From: Octopus sinensis
Lineage: Eukaryota
Direction of reading: 5' to 3'
Length of the DNA: 64,000 nucleotides
Assembly: GCF_006345805.1 (NCBI RefSeq)
Contig: NC_043014.1
Coordinates: 37,944,001-38,008,000, forward strand
The position numbers and the translations under genes are program-made. Under the pieces are notes generated by a model. It was not told the DNA's origin and ran no database searches. It was given only the letters and a program-made list of their open reading frames with translations. Positions 1 through 11,943 of this stretch are shown here, piece after piece. The stretch's first letter is position 1, and each line of letters begins with the position of its first letter.

Positions 1-257
1 ATGTTTTCACCCCCATACTTTCGTGAGTTGACTTGAGCAAACACTATATGAGAGAGATTTTCTTTAAGTATTAGAAATAGTTAAAAAAAATTTTTTTAGC
101 TGCTATTTCTAATGAGTTCAGTATGTGGCAAAGTAATTTATTTTACTAAGCCCTTTTATATAATGTAATTATTTGAATTCGCCTTAAATGGTCCCTTTAC
201 ATACTGAATACTTGGTGAGATTAATAATTAATTAATTTTACCCTCAATTGTTGAAAT

Positions 258-291
<34 letters not shown>

Positions 292-369
292 GTATATATA
301 TCTGTGTGTGTGTGTGTGTGTGTGTGTTGTGTGTGTGTGTATGTGTGTGTGCGTGTGTGTGTATGTGTG

Positions 370-575
370 TGTTTGTGTGTCTGTTTGTCCCCCTCACTAT
401 CCCTTGACAACCAATGCTGGTGTGTGTAGGTCCCCGTAACTTTAGCGGTTCGGCAAAAGAGATCCTATAGAATAAGTACTAGGCTTACAAAAGGATAAGT
501 CTTGGGGTCAATTTGTTCGACTAAAGGCGGTGCTCCAGCATGGCAGCAGTCAAATGACTGAAAGAAGTTAAAGAA
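370..575 (+). mobile_element. SINE family A, 3' half only
   Basis: Follows a (TA)n(TG)n tract. Matches the 3' half of the copy at 625-1036 (cttgacaacc...gcggttcggcaaaagag...ggcggtgctccagcatgg...aatgactgaaa). Confidence 0.85.
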
Positions 576-585
576 AGAATATATT

Positions 586-624
<39 letters not shown>

Positions 625-625
<1 letters not shown>

Positions 626-1036
626 GCGCAGGAGTGGCTGTGTGGTAAGTAGCTTGTTTACCAACCACATGGTTCCGGGTTCAGTCCCACTGCATGGTAC
701 CTTGGGCAAGTGTCAGCCTCGGCCGACCAAAGCCTTGTGAGTGGATTTGGTAGACGAAAACTGAAAGAAGCTCGTCGTATATATGTATATATATGTGTAT
801 GTGTGTGTGTGTGTGCGTGTATGTTTGTGTGTCTGTGTTTGTTCCTCTAGCATTGCTTGACAACCGATGCTGGTGTGTTTATGTCCCCGTCACTTAGCGG
901 TTCGGCAAAAGACACCGATGGAATAAGTACTGGGCTTACAAAGAATAAGTCCCGGGGTCGAGTTGCTCGATTAAAGGCGGTGCTCCAGCATGGCCGCAGT
1001 CAAATGACTGAAGCAAGTAAAGAGTAAAAGAGTAAA
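625..1036 (+). mobile_element. SINE family A, near full length (tRNA head, CORE-like box, internal microsatellite, tail)
   Basis: A-box-like TGGCTGTGTGG, B-box-like GGTTCAGTCCC, CORE-like ccttgggcaagtg, internal (TA)/(TG) tract, and gagtaaaa repeat tail. More than 15 related pieces occur in the window. Confidence 0.9.
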
Positions 1037-1544
1037 GCGTAAGACAGATAGATATACGCACATATGTGTAGGTGTATATACATGCATTCACACATCATAC
1101 ATATACATACATACATACATACATACATACATACATACATACATACATGCATACATACACAGACACGTACATACATACATGCATACATACACAGACACGT
1201 ACATACATACATACATGCATACAGACAGACAGACAGGCACATATTCAATCAGGACAACATAGTTCTTTATAGTTTATTGTAGTTATTTTCTTCTTAATGG
1301 TTATACCATTGATTTCATTGATTCGTAACATTGTCGGTCGAACGTTTTATTCTTAGCCGCCAATTGTTAGATTTCTTTCTTTTCTTCTGTTTTCCTCGTT
1401 TTCTCCTCTTTCCTCTCTCTCTCACGCACACAAACGAACACGCACACACACGCGCATATGCATGCATACATACATACATACATACATACATACATACATA
1501 CATACATACATACATACATACATACATACATACATACTTAAAGC

Positions 1545-2058
1545 TGTTAACGTAAAGTTGAAGATAGTGAAAAAGGGAACACCTATGCTGAACTATTGAG
1601 AAATCTGCAGTTACTCTATCCAGATTACAAGTTCAGGTTTATACCTGTAATTACTGGGTTCCTGGGATATGTAATACATTACCTAAATACCAGTCTTGAG
1701 AAATTAGGCTTCTCAAAACCGGAAAGGAGAAAGCTAATTCGAAGACTACAGATCCAATCCATCACTGGAACTGTAAAAATCTGTAAAACTTTCCAGAAGT
1801 TTGTCATTTAAATATATATGAGCATGTCTAGTTATGCAAATATATACATGAAAATACATACATAAAACATAAGTTTGCCATACATACATACATACATACA
1901 TACATACATACATACACATATATAAATACATACATACATACATACACGCAAAAATACCGTTGTTGATGTTGACATTCTAATGAAGGGGACTTGGATCTAG
2001 GTTAGAAACCGGTTCTTTCTCTATTAGCGAGAAATGTTGAAATTAACGGAATAATGAC
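1545..2058 (+). mobile_element. 3' end of an RLE-type (R4/Dong/NeSL-like) non-LTR retrotransposon with its 3' UTR
   Basis: ORF 1596-1811 (LQLLYPDYKFRFIPVITG...SITGTVKICKTFQKF) is homologous to the C-terminus of the 16.6-18.0 kb element. The UTR (1965-2058) matches 26620-26745 in reverse. Flanked by (CATA)n. Confidence 0.75.
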
Positions 2059-2114
2059 ATACATACATGATACTTACACACATACATACATATATACATA
2101 CATGCATACATACA

Positions 2115-2148
<34 letters not shown>

Positions 2149-2204
2149 CATGCATGCATACATACATACATACTTACATACATACATACACAGTACATAT
2201 CTTT

Positions 2205-2755
2205 GACCTCTTATCTTTTACCTCTTTCAGTCATTACACCGTGGCCATGCTGGGGCACCGTCTTGCCGAACCGCTAACGTATGAGGATGTAAATACACCA
2301 ACACCGGTTGTCAGTGGTGGTGGACAGTCACAGACACAAATACACACAGACATACAAACACACACACATTCACACACGCATCCGCGCGTGCGCGCTCACA
2401 CACAAACACGCACACACACATGTACATACGACGGGCTTCTTTCAGTTTTTAAAACTTAGTACTTATTCTATCGATTTCTTTTGCCGAGACGCTAAGTTAC
2501 GGGTGATATAAACACACCAGCAGTGGAAGTAGGGGACAAACACAGAGACAAAGACACACATAAATATAGATACATATATGTATATAAGACGGGCTTCTTT
2601 CAGTTTCCGTGTACCAGATCCACTCGGCCTGAGGCTATAGTAGAAGACACTTGCTCAAGATGCCACGCAGTGGGACTGAATCCAGAAACGTGTGGATGGA
2701 AAGAAACTCCTTAAGTAGCTTGCTAACCAACCACATGGTTCCGGGTTCAGTCCAC
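2205..2755 (-). mobile_element. Cluster of deleted SINE family A fragments (mostly minus strand)
   Basis: Reverse-complement blocks gacgggcttctttcagtt, gccatgctggggcacc and gccacgcagtgggactgaa, plus a short plus-strand head at 2714-2755. Confidence 0.75.
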
Positions 2756-2854
2756 ACCAGAGTCTACACACATATACACCACAAACACAGGCACACACAC
2801 ATGAACTCACCACATCACTTACTATGATAAGAAGGTGGTCCCGTATTATTTATT

Positions 2855-3280
2855 ATACTCTTTACTCTTTTACTTGTTTCAGTCATTTGACTGCGGCCAT
2901 GCTGGAGCACCGCCTTTAGTCGAGAAAATCGACCCCGGGACTTATTCTTTGTAAGCCCAGTACTTATTCAATTGGTTTCTTTTACCGAACCGCTAAGCGA
3001 CGGGGACGTAAACACACTAGCATCGGTTGTCAAGCAATGCTAGGGAGACAAACACAGACACACAGACACACATACATATATATATATATTATATATATAT
3101 ATATATATACATATATACGACAGGCTTCTTTCAGTTTCCGTCTACCAAATCCACTCACAAGGCTTTGGTCAGCCCGGGGCTATAGCAGAAGACACTTGCC
3201 CAAGATGCCACGCAGTGGGACTGAACCCGGAACCATGTGGTTGGTAAACAAGCCACTTACCACACAGCCACTCCTGCGCC
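2855..3280 (-). mobile_element. SINE family A, full length
   Basis: Reverse complement of the 625-1036 layout, ending ccacacagccactcctgcgcc. Confidence 0.92.
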
Positions 3281-3429
3281 TATGGTGGTAAAGAATTTCG
3301 CTTCTCAGATTGCAGGTCCTATACGACTGTGGTGTACCTCGGGACCTTTGATTAACCAATGTTCTTTGCGAACACGGGTGATGGAAACTGTACATTGAAG
3401 TACATTGAATACGCACGAGTTTACGTTCG

Positions 3430-3740
3430 AGAGTGAGTGTGTGTGCACGTGTCAGTGTGTGTGTGTGTGTGTTTGCATGCGTATGTGTGTGGTTGCATGT
3501 GTGCGTGTATGCGTGTGTGGGAGAATGCGTATGTGTGCGTGTGGGTGTATCTGTGTGCGCGCGCGTGTGTGTGTGAATTCGCGTGGTGGTGTGTGTACGT
3601 GTGTGTGTTCGCGCGCGTGTGTGTGCGCGCGCGTATGTCTGGGTGCATGTGTGCGTGTGTGTTTATGCGTATATCTATATGTGCATATGTGTGTATGCGT
3701 GTGCATCTGTGTGTGTATATATGCGTGTGCGTGTGTGTGT
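3430..3740. repeat. Degenerate (TG)n/(TGCG)n microsatellite
   Basis: Purine-pyrimidine alternation read directly. Confidence 0.9.
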
Positions 3741-4475
3741 TTAAACTCTTCAAGTTTAAACATAGCTGAATAAGATCTACGAGGCATTTTATGGGCATGT
3801 AATGTATAAAAGGTTTTATTGGAGATTAATGTACACGTTTAAGTCCCGCTTATAAAAAACCCTAGTAAAGACCCACAGTAGTTCAAAACACTTAATACTG
3901 GTATTTAATTAAGTATCTATTGTTTGCCACAGTAATGATGCAACCTGCCAATACAAACAGCAGGATGAACTATTTAGCGCTAAACTATTAAGCGCAATTC
4001 GTGCGTAATTAAGCCAGCAGCACCTAGTCGAACAAATACTTCCGCGCATGCGTAATGCAATAATGGCGATGTTCTTAACTGTTATATGGGAATGTAAATA
4101 TGTTTGCAAATAATTGTTTTTGTTACATGTTATTCTGTGTTCTGAATACTTTTATTTTAATAAATGTTGCTTACTGCAAGTTATGGATGATTTTTTAATG
4201 ACTTCATTGCTTTCAGGCTTAGCTTAATGTATTCTCACGCCCGACATCACAAAATGTGCCTGAATATACATTGCCGGACAGCAAATAGAAACTCGGACAT
4301 TGCTTAGAAAATATTTTCATTTTTAACCTCGTATATAGTACGCACCAGGGATTTTGACCTTTAAATTGGGGGGATGCAGATTATACTCGAGGGTTTACGG
4401 TATATATGTACATGTGGATCGTAGGCGATTTTTTTCCTCCGTCTTCCTTTCCTCTTCGACTTTCTTCCGTCTCCT

Positions 4476-4510
4476 GTTCCTTATGAAGAGCTTTGCTCGA
4501 AATGTAAAAC
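4476..4510 (+). ncRNA. Degenerate minimal hammerhead-like motif (PLE pseudo-LTR remnant)
   Basis: gttc-CTTATGA-a-gagc-ttt-gctc-GAAA-tg-TA-aaac. Stem II is intact, but core G5 is T, stem III CG reads TG, and stem I has a mismatch. Confidence 0.4.
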
Positions 4511-4648
4511 TACTTTCCTTTCCTTCCCTGAACGTCTGCTAATACTTTGCATGTACCACATCCTCGCGTTGTTTTTTTCTTGTGTTTTTTTTCTCGCTTT
4601 CTTGATTCATGTGTATATGGTATGTATGTATGTATGTATGTGTGTATA

Positions 4649-4734
<86 letters not shown>

Positions 4735-4807
4735 GATATATAATATATATACATATATATATATATATATTTCTTTATTACTCACAAGGGGCTAAACAAG
4801 GACATAC

Positions 4808-4981
4808 ATAGGTATTAGTCGATTACATCAACCCCAGTGCGTAACTGGTACTTAATTTATCGACCCCGAAAGGATGAAAGGCAAAGTCGACCTCGGCGGA
4901 ATTTGAATTCACAACGTAACGCAGACGAAATACCGCTAAGCATTTCGCCCGGCGTGCTAATGTTTCTGCCAGCTCGCCGCC
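4808..4981 (-). mobile_element. SINE family C (tRNA-like head with a Meta/Sauria-like body motif)
   Basis: Minus strand reads ggcggcgagctggcagaaac...ttcaaattccgccgaggtcgactttgcctttcatcctttcggggtcgataaattaagtacc. A degenerate relative lies at ~30215-30400. The domain name is from recollection. Confidence 0.7.
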
Positions 4982-4984
4982 TTT

Positions 4985-5038
4985 GATCACGTGATCTAGT
5001 GATATATATATATATATATATCACTAGATCACGTGATC
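4985..5038. repeat. Perfect 54-bp palindrome
   Basis: gatcacgtgatctagtga-(TA)9-tcactagatcacgtgatc. Confidence 0.95.
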
Positions 5039-5164
5039 GACCAAACAACTGGATGTTATACATCGCTGGTCACAATGCCCTTTGCATCGTTTTACCTTTC
5101 GAATGCTGCCACGCTGCTAGCTAGGTGAGCAGGCCAACATTCGCCCTGATCGGAACGCCATTAG

Positions 5165-5312
5165 GTCTCAGGGTTGCCCATTTACAGCTGAGTGGACTAG
5201 ACCAACCTGAGAGGAAGCTGCTTTGCTCAAAACAGAACATGCGGCTCTGTCCAGGAATACGAGCCCACGATCAAACGAATCGTGAGTACAACACTCTAAC
5301 CATAAGGCCATG
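5165..5312 (-). mobile_element. Degenerate tRNA/CORE-type SINE head
   Basis: Reverse complement reads atggccttatggttagagtgtt...ttttgagcaaagcagc...ctagtccactcagctgtaaatgg, related to 6953-7190. Confidence 0.55.
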
Positions 5313-5346
5313 CAATTTCACTACACACACACGCGTGTATACATAC

Positions 5347-5377
<31 letters not shown>

Positions 5378-5487
5378 CATACATACATGCATATCTATCT
5401 ATCTATATATATAGATATAGATATATATATACACACACACACACAACACCACACACACACACACACATACAGAATATATATAGTATA

Positions 5488-5555
<68 letters not shown>

Positions 5556-5574
5556 CATAGTGTAGACGGGTGTA

Positions 5575-5722
5575 GACGGACTGTTTAGTAAGAAGCTTGC
5601 TTTTCAACATGCTTCTGTTCCTCTGCGTGGCACCTTGCGCAAGTGTCTTCTACTGTAGCCTCGGACCAACCAAAGCCTTGTGTTGGATTTGGTAGGGGGA
5701 AACTGAAAGAAGCCCTGTCGTG
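5575..5722 (+). mobile_element. SINE family A, 5' half
   Basis: gtaagaagcttgct...gcgtggcaccttgcgcaagtgtcttctac...ggatttggtag...aactgaaagaagccc. Confidence 0.8.
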
Positions 5723-5739
5723 TACATATATACATGACA

Positions 5740-6078
5740 TTCCGTCGGTTACGACGACGAGGGTTTCTAGGTGAAATTAACGTGCAAGTGGCTGATCACT
5801 CCAGAGACACGTGTACCCTTAACGTAGTTCTCGGGGAGATTCAGCATGACAGAGTGTGACAGGGCTGGCCCTTTGAAATACAGGTACAACAGAAACAGGA
5901 AGAAAGAGTGAAATAAAGTTGTGGTGAAAGAGTACAGCAGGGTTCGCCATTAACCCCTGCCGGAACCTCGTGGAGCTTTAGGTGTTTCGCTCAATAAACA
6001 CTCACAATACCCGGTCTGGGAATCGAAACCACGATCCTACGACCGCGAGTCCACTGCCCTAACCACTGGGCCATTGCG

Positions 6079-6082
<4 letters not shown>
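5740..6082 (-). mobile_element. SINE family B (tRNA-headed)
   Basis: Minus-strand head ggcgcaatggcccagtggttagggcag...ggtttcgattccc. Highly similar to 7690-8071 apart from an internal deletion. Confidence 0.88.
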
Positions 6083-6118
<36 letters not shown>

Positions 6119-6194
6119 ATATGTGTGTGTGTGTGTGTGTTTACGTGTGTGTTTGTGTGTGTTTGCGTGTGTGTGCCTGTGTGTGTATGTGTAT

Positions 6195-6578
6195 CTTTGT
6201 GCTTGTTCCCCATCACCGCTTGACAACCGATGTCGGTGTGTTTACGTCCTCATAACTTAATGTGGCACCTCGCGCAACTACATCTTCTACCGTAGCCTTG
6301 TGCCGACCAAAGCCTTGTGACTGGATTTGGTAGACGGAAACAGAAAGGAGTCCGTCGTGTATATCTATGTGTGTGTATGCTTGTCACTCACCACCGCTTG
6401 ACAACTTGCGTCGGTGTGTTTACGTTCCTGTAACATAGCGGTTCAGAAAAAAAAAGACCGATGGAATAAGTACCACGCTCTAACAAAATATAAGTATTGG
6501 GTTCAATTCATTCGATTAAAACATTCTCCAAGGCGGTGCCCCAACATAGCCGCAGTCTCATGACTGAAGCAAGTAGAA
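6195..6578 (+). mobile_element. Rearranged SINE family A fragments
   Basis: Two copies of accgcttgacaac...ggtgtgtttacgt, plus the core and tail blocks. Confidence 0.75.
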
Positions 6579-6952
6579 TATACAGAATATATCCACTTCG
6601 AAGATTAAGTGTGCAAAAATAGATGGGCCTTTTCGATACCGCCGTACTTTTAACTGGGATTCTGATACAATCTGGAACGCTTTGTAGATAAATAAACTAG
6701 TTTCAGTAACTGTAGTTGTTATCGTATGTAGTTGTTATCGTATGTAGTTGTCTAGTCTTAAGACAGGCTCGTTTCGGCAGACGTCTATAATTTATGACAT
6801 CCTGACTATGATTTTATCTCGTTTGTTTGTGTGGGGAGATATCGTAGAATTTATTGCCTAATACGCGGAGACAGTAAATTTAGAAAGACATGACATTGTA
6901 GCTTTTGTTTAAATTCCAGGTCAGTTCAAATCCAACATATTTTATAATTGAA

Positions 6953-7190
6953 GGTGACCCGTGACTTAGTGGTTAGGTTGTCGGACTCAAGGTCGTAAGA
7001 TTATGGTTTCGATTCCTGGACCGGGCAACGCGTTGTGTTCTTGAGCAAAACACTTCATTTCACGTTGCTCCAGTCTAGTCAGCTGGTAAAAGTGAGCAAT
7101 CCTACGATGGACCGGCGTCCTTTCCAGGTGGGAAATATATATGCCGGTTTCCCAGCCCTTATGAATCAGCATGACTCAAGAAGGCAACTT
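6953..7190 (+). mobile_element. SINE family D (tRNA head, CORE-like box, V-domain-like motif)
   Basis: gtgacttagtggttagg...ggtttcgattcctgga; ttgtgttcttgagcaaaacactt; cctacgatggaccggcgtcctttccagg. Confidence 0.65.
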
Positions 7191-7397
7191 TGCTTTCTTT
7201 TTTTTTTATTCCTTCCAACCGGCGGCGGTGGTTGTAGTGGTGGTGGTGGTGGTGGTGGTGGTACTTTTCAACCTAATATTTACATACTATTATTTATAGC
7301 TTTATCTCTGCTTCCAGATCCGTTACATCAAAAATAAATGCGCGTGTTTGTGCGAGTGAATAGTTATATAAATTCAGACAAACATACACGCATACAT

Positions 7398-7459
<62 letters not shown>

Positions 7460-7462
7460 GTA

Positions 7463-7665
7463 CACACGAGAGACTGCTAAAACGTTCTTGGCTTTGGGTA
7501 AATGAAAATACGGAAGGATCAGTTAAATATAATTTTATTCAACGTATCCCTTTCTCAAATTCACACATTTATTGCAGTAGTCCTTCAGTTTTTTTTAAGT
7601 CCTCTAAAAGAATTAGGAAGGTTGGGCTTCCATCCAGGCCTATCACGAAACCCTTAAAGCCAGGA
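7463..7665 (-). mobile_element. mariner-type transposon 3' end fragment
   Basis: Minus strand encodes LKKLKDYCNKCVNLRKGYVE*, matching the mariner C-terminal KL..RW.KC...G.YVE pattern, followed by a TIR-like acgagagactgctaaaacgttc. Confidence 0.6.
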
Positions 7666-7689
7666 ATATATATATATATATGATGGGAT

Positions 7690-8071
7690 GGAAGCACTCC
7701 GTCGGTTACGACGACGAGGGTTCCGGTTGATCCGAATCAACGGAACAGCCTGCTCGTGAAATTAACGTGTAAGTGGCTGAGCACTCCACAGACACGTGTA
7801 CCCTTAACGTAGTTCTCGGGGATATTCAGCGTGACACAGAGAGTGACAAGGCCGGCCCTTTGAAATACAGGTACAAGAGAAACAGGAAGTAAGAGTGAGA
7901 GAAAGTTGTGGTGAAAGAGTACAGCAAGGATCACCACCATCCCCTGCCGGAGCCTCGTGGAATTTTAGGTGTTTTCGCTCAATAAACACTCACAACGCCC
8001 GGTCTGGGAATCGAAACCGCGATCCTATGACCGCGAGTCCGCTGCCCTAACCACTGGGCCATTGCGCCTCC
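7690..8071 (-). mobile_element. SINE family B, full length
   Basis: Pol III A/B-box head on the minus strand. Second copy at 5740-6082. Confidence 0.9.
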
Positions 8072-8117
8072 ATATATATATATATACATAAGTAGAAAGT
8101 TGAAAAGGAACACACGA

Positions 8118-8130
8118 GTTGTTGTTGTTG

Positions 8131-8167
<37 letters not shown>

Positions 8168-8312
8168 CTTCTTTTTCTTCTTCTTTTCTTCTTTCTGCTT
8201 CTGCTCTTCTCTTCCTCCTTCTTCTGCCTTCTTCTTCTTCTTCTTCTTCTTCTTCTTCTTCTTCTCTTCTTCTTCTTCTTCTTCTTTCTTCTTCTTTCTT
8301 CTTCTCTTCTTC
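8118..8312. repeat. Compound (GTT)n-(CTT)n microsatellite
   Basis: Read directly. It explains the poly-K/E/N/S/F ORFs. Confidence 0.95.
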
Positions 8313-8467
8313 CTTGCCAAGAATTCACAACGACCTCGAACGCACAAGAGTAAACAAGAGAGACAGAGACAGGCAGAAACAAGGAAACTACTCCTTGTAT
8401 TTGAATACTAAACAAATATTCTTTTTAAAAAACTTTTCTTTTAATTTTTCCAAAATTTAATTGTTTT

Positions 8468-8519
8468 CCATACTTACTGTTGAAAAAGTCTCAATGACTG
8501 AAACCGGTACTGAAATGGT
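8468..8519 (+). ncRNA. Possible hammerhead-like motif with a U3-A8 core variant
   Basis: TTGAAAA-agtc-tcaat-gact-GAAA-ccgg-TA. Stem I is poor. The downstream tail (8511-8558) recurs in reverse at ~25945-25995. Confidence 0.3.
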
Positions 8520-8557
8520 TTATATAAAATTATTTTAACATTTTCTACCTTGACTTC

Positions 8558-8610
<53 letters not shown>

Positions 8611-8612
8611 TG

Positions 8613-8663
<51 letters not shown>

Positions 8664-8675
8664 TGTGTATGTATG

Positions 8676-8853
8676 TGCCAAAGGAGCTCCTTTGGCAGAT
8701 TGTACAAACGTGTTTGGCACAATGGTGGCCTGAAGAACAAAACAAAGATCAGTGTCTACAGGGCCGTGGTTCTCACCACTCTTCTCTACGGGTCAGAGAC
8801 CTGGATCTCTTACCGCAGTCACATCCGTCTTCGCGAGCGCTTCCACCAGCGAT
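8676..8853 (+). mobile_element. RTE-clade LINE fragment (post-RT region)
   Basis: SSFGRLYKRVW...TKISVYRAVVLTTLLYGSETW...RFHQRC is typical of the RTE/BovB ORF2 C-terminal region. Confidence 0.85.
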
Positions 8854-9056
8854 GTATGTATGTATGTATGTATGTATGTATGTATGTATGTATGTATGTA
8901 TGTATGTATGTATGTATGTATGCATGTATGTATGTATATTTCAATAATAATAAAAGGGTAAAATTAATTAATTATTTAATTAATCAATTAATAATTAATA
9001 ATTTTACCAAGTAGTTCGGTACGTTAAAATTACCTTTTAAGGTAAAATCATACAAA

Positions 9057-9603
9057 TATTCTATAATTATAAACATAATTATAATCAGGGGTCGGCTAAT
9101 TGCTTCGCCACCCACCGAAATTAGAAATAGGAGATAAAATGCCTTTTCTACTACTGTAAAGTTCTCCCAGACAGTAACACACTTTTTTTACGTAGGCAAA
9201 AAGAAAAAAATAACGAATCCACACGAGTCAGATTAGCTACATACGCGTTTCGAGATTAAAGTAAAGTTATATTTACTTACCTATTTCTCATCTTCAGTGC
9301 AGCATTTCGAAATATAAATTTAAGAGTATGATGGTTAAATATGTACGTGATCAAGCGTCATCGCATAACCGATATTCAACCAACACTTCCAAATAAATAC
9401 AGCCGAATGTGAACACATATTTATCTCAATACCCATGTATGTGCTACGAGTAGTCCCGCAGAAATTGGAGTTTTCGATCAGGGAGTAAATTATATCTCAA
9501 TAATAATAAAAATATGGTAGTAGAAAAAGCATTTTAACTCCTATTTCGAAATTCGGTGCGTGGCGAAGCAGTTAGCTGACCCCTGATTATAATTATAGAA
9601 TAT
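9057..9603. mobile_element. PLE-like pseudo-LTR remnant bounded by ~90-bp inverted repeats
   Basis: 9057-9153 is the reverse complement of 9518-9603 (ataatcaggggtc(g/a)gctaa.tgcttcgccac.caccgaa.tt.gaaataggag.taaaatgc.ttttctactac). A hammerhead motif lies inside. Confidence 0.7.
9236..9303 (-). ncRNA. Type I minimal hammerhead ribozyme with a canonical core
   Basis: Minus strand: gctgca-CTGAAGA-t-gaga[..aagtaaa-tataac-tttactt..]tctc-GAAA-cgcg-TA-tgtagc. It has a 6-bp stem I, a stem II with an extension, a palindromic CGCG stem III, and a GUA cleavage triplet. Confidence 0.75.
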
Positions 9604-9645
9604 ATATACATACATACATAGATAGTATATATAACATATATATAC

Positions 9646-9699
<54 letters not shown>

Positions 9700-9784
9700 A
9701 CACACACACACACACACACACCACACACCACACACACCACACACACACCCACACATATATATACATATATATAATCATTTATTT

Positions 9785-10020
9785 GTTTCATGCTGGGGTA
9801 CCGCCTTGAAGAATGTTTTGTCGAATGAATCGACCCCAGTACATTTTGTTTCTAAGCCTAGTAGTCTTCTATCGGTCGCTCTGCCGAACCACTAAGTTGC
9901 GTACTCGTAAACAAACTATCACCGGTAGTGTGGGGACAAACACAAAGGCAAAGGCATACTCACATGCACACACGCATATATATGTATGTATGTGTACGAG
10001 TGGCTTACTTACAGTTTCTC
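9785..10020 (-). mobile_element. SINE family A, diverged 3' part
   Basis: atgctggggtaccgcc...tcgaccccag...ctgccgaaccactaagtt...ggggacaaacaca. Confidence 0.7.
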
Positions 10021-10249
10021 TCACAGGACAAAGATTTACAGCAGTATGTTGTTTTGAAAACTGAAATCCCTCGCACACTAATTTTGTTCAGTTTAAGATA
10101 TTTTTTTCCCCTAAAACTTGTTTCCACACGTTCTAGAATTGATCAATTATCACTGATTAAGTTAGCCATGAATGGATTTAGAAGAAAAGCGATGCCGGGC
10201 TTCAACTTCTACAGGTCACCAAACATGGCAAAGAATTTATAAAACAGTC

Positions 10250-10660
10250 TCTTTTACACTCTTTTACTTGTTTCAGTCATTTGATTGTGGCCATGCTGGA
10301 GCCCCGCCTTTAGTCGACCAAGTTCACCCCAGGGACTTATTCTTTGTAAGCCTAGTACTTATTTTATCGGTTTTTTTTTGCCGAGGGGATGTAAACACAC
10401 CAGCGTCGGTTGTCAAGCGATTTTGGGTGGACAAACGCAGACACACACACACACACATACACACACACATGTATATATATACACACACACACATATATAT
10501 ATATATACACACACATACACACACATATATATATATACATATATACGACGGCTTCTTTCAGTTTCCGTCTACGAAATCCACTCACAAGGCTTTGGTCGGC
10601 CCGAGGCTATAGTAGAAGATACTTACCCAAGGTGCCACGCAGTGGGACTGAACCCGGAAC
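10250..10660 (-). mobile_element. SINE family A, nearly full length (head clipped), followed by a plus-strand tail fragment at 10675-10760
   Basis: Colinear with 2855-3280 up to gggactgaacccggaacc. Confidence 0.88.
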
Positions 10661-10759
10661 CACTACTACTGAAGTCTCGATTTGTTTGACTAAAAGCCCT
10701 TCGTGGCGGTGCCCCAGCATGGCCGCACTCCACCGATTCAAACTAGTGACGAAAAAAGA

Positions 10760-10866
10760 TATATACATGTAGACACGCATGCATATACACATACACATAC
10801 ACACATACATACGTATGTGTGTGTGTACATATACATATATATATATATGTATGCATGTATGTATAT

Positions 10867-10950
<84 letters not shown>

Positions 10951-11135
10951 ATATATATGTATATATATATATATACATATACATGCATGCATATATACTT
11001 ACATATATATCTATATATATATTTACATATAGATACAATATATATATATATATATATATATATTATACATATATATATATATATATATATATGTATATTA
11101 TATATATATATATATATATATCTATATATATATTC

Positions 11136-11219
<84 letters not shown>

Positions 11220-11240
11220 GGAGAGAGAAAGAGAGAAAGA
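10760..11240. repeat. Long compound (CATA)/(TA)n/(GA)n microsatellite
   Basis: Read directly. Confidence 0.95.
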
Positions 11241-11864
11241 TACACATATTTATATATATTTTTTTATATTTATATGCACGTATGTATGAATGTATGTAAG
11301 CTGATACAGATTTTGACATTCGCACCCCAACCACATGTTCTTTATAACAAGTGCAAGAAGAATGTGGGGGTGGGGGGTTGTGTAATTAGTATTTGCTCAT
11401 CCTCCACCGTCAGGCAAATTGCGAGACTTTGACCTACTATTTGGAGACAGCCATCGTCATCATCTCCACCACCACCACCACCACCACCGCCGCCGCCGCC
11501 GCCATCACAATGCCCCCCCCACCACCATTACTACTGCAATGTTTACAACGATTAGCACTACCACCGACAAAAGAGTACACATTCAATTCCTACCGTTCTA
11601 CCAGAATCACCTCCGCTTTCCTGACACCCCCTAAAACATTTATTCATAGCGTCTTAAGTCATACATCTGCAAATGCTCCAAATACTTTGCCCTAATTTAT
11701 CTGCAATATGTAGCCTGTTGCAGCAGTGATATTTGCTTACATTCGCTCCATTCGAAAAAAGAATATTTTCGTTCATTCTGTTAACTAAACGAATATCTAA
11801 ACTAGAATTCTGAGAATTACAAAGACACATATATAGGCATAAACAAGCAGCTACAAGTGCATGC

Positions 11865-11943
<79 letters not shown>

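Noticed and set aside
1975-2020. Hammerhead-like ctaatga...gaaaccggtt in the RLE LINE 3' UTR
   Set aside because: The core and cleavage triplet are not conserved in the sister copies at 16.6 and 26.7 kb.
4035-4055. Promoter-like acttccgcgcatgcg (ETS/NRF1-like), and acttccgg at ~18888
   Set aside because: Isolated short motifs with no associated gene or CpG island. They cannot be supported from sequence alone.
625-8071. tRNA genes suggested by A/B boxes
   Set aside because: They are SINE heads continuing into repeat bodies, with no complete cloverleaf.
11393-11695. Poly-Thr/Ala/Pro or poly-His exon of a transcription factor
   Set aside because: A short (CAC)n(GCC)n tract with no recognisable domain or supported splice structure.
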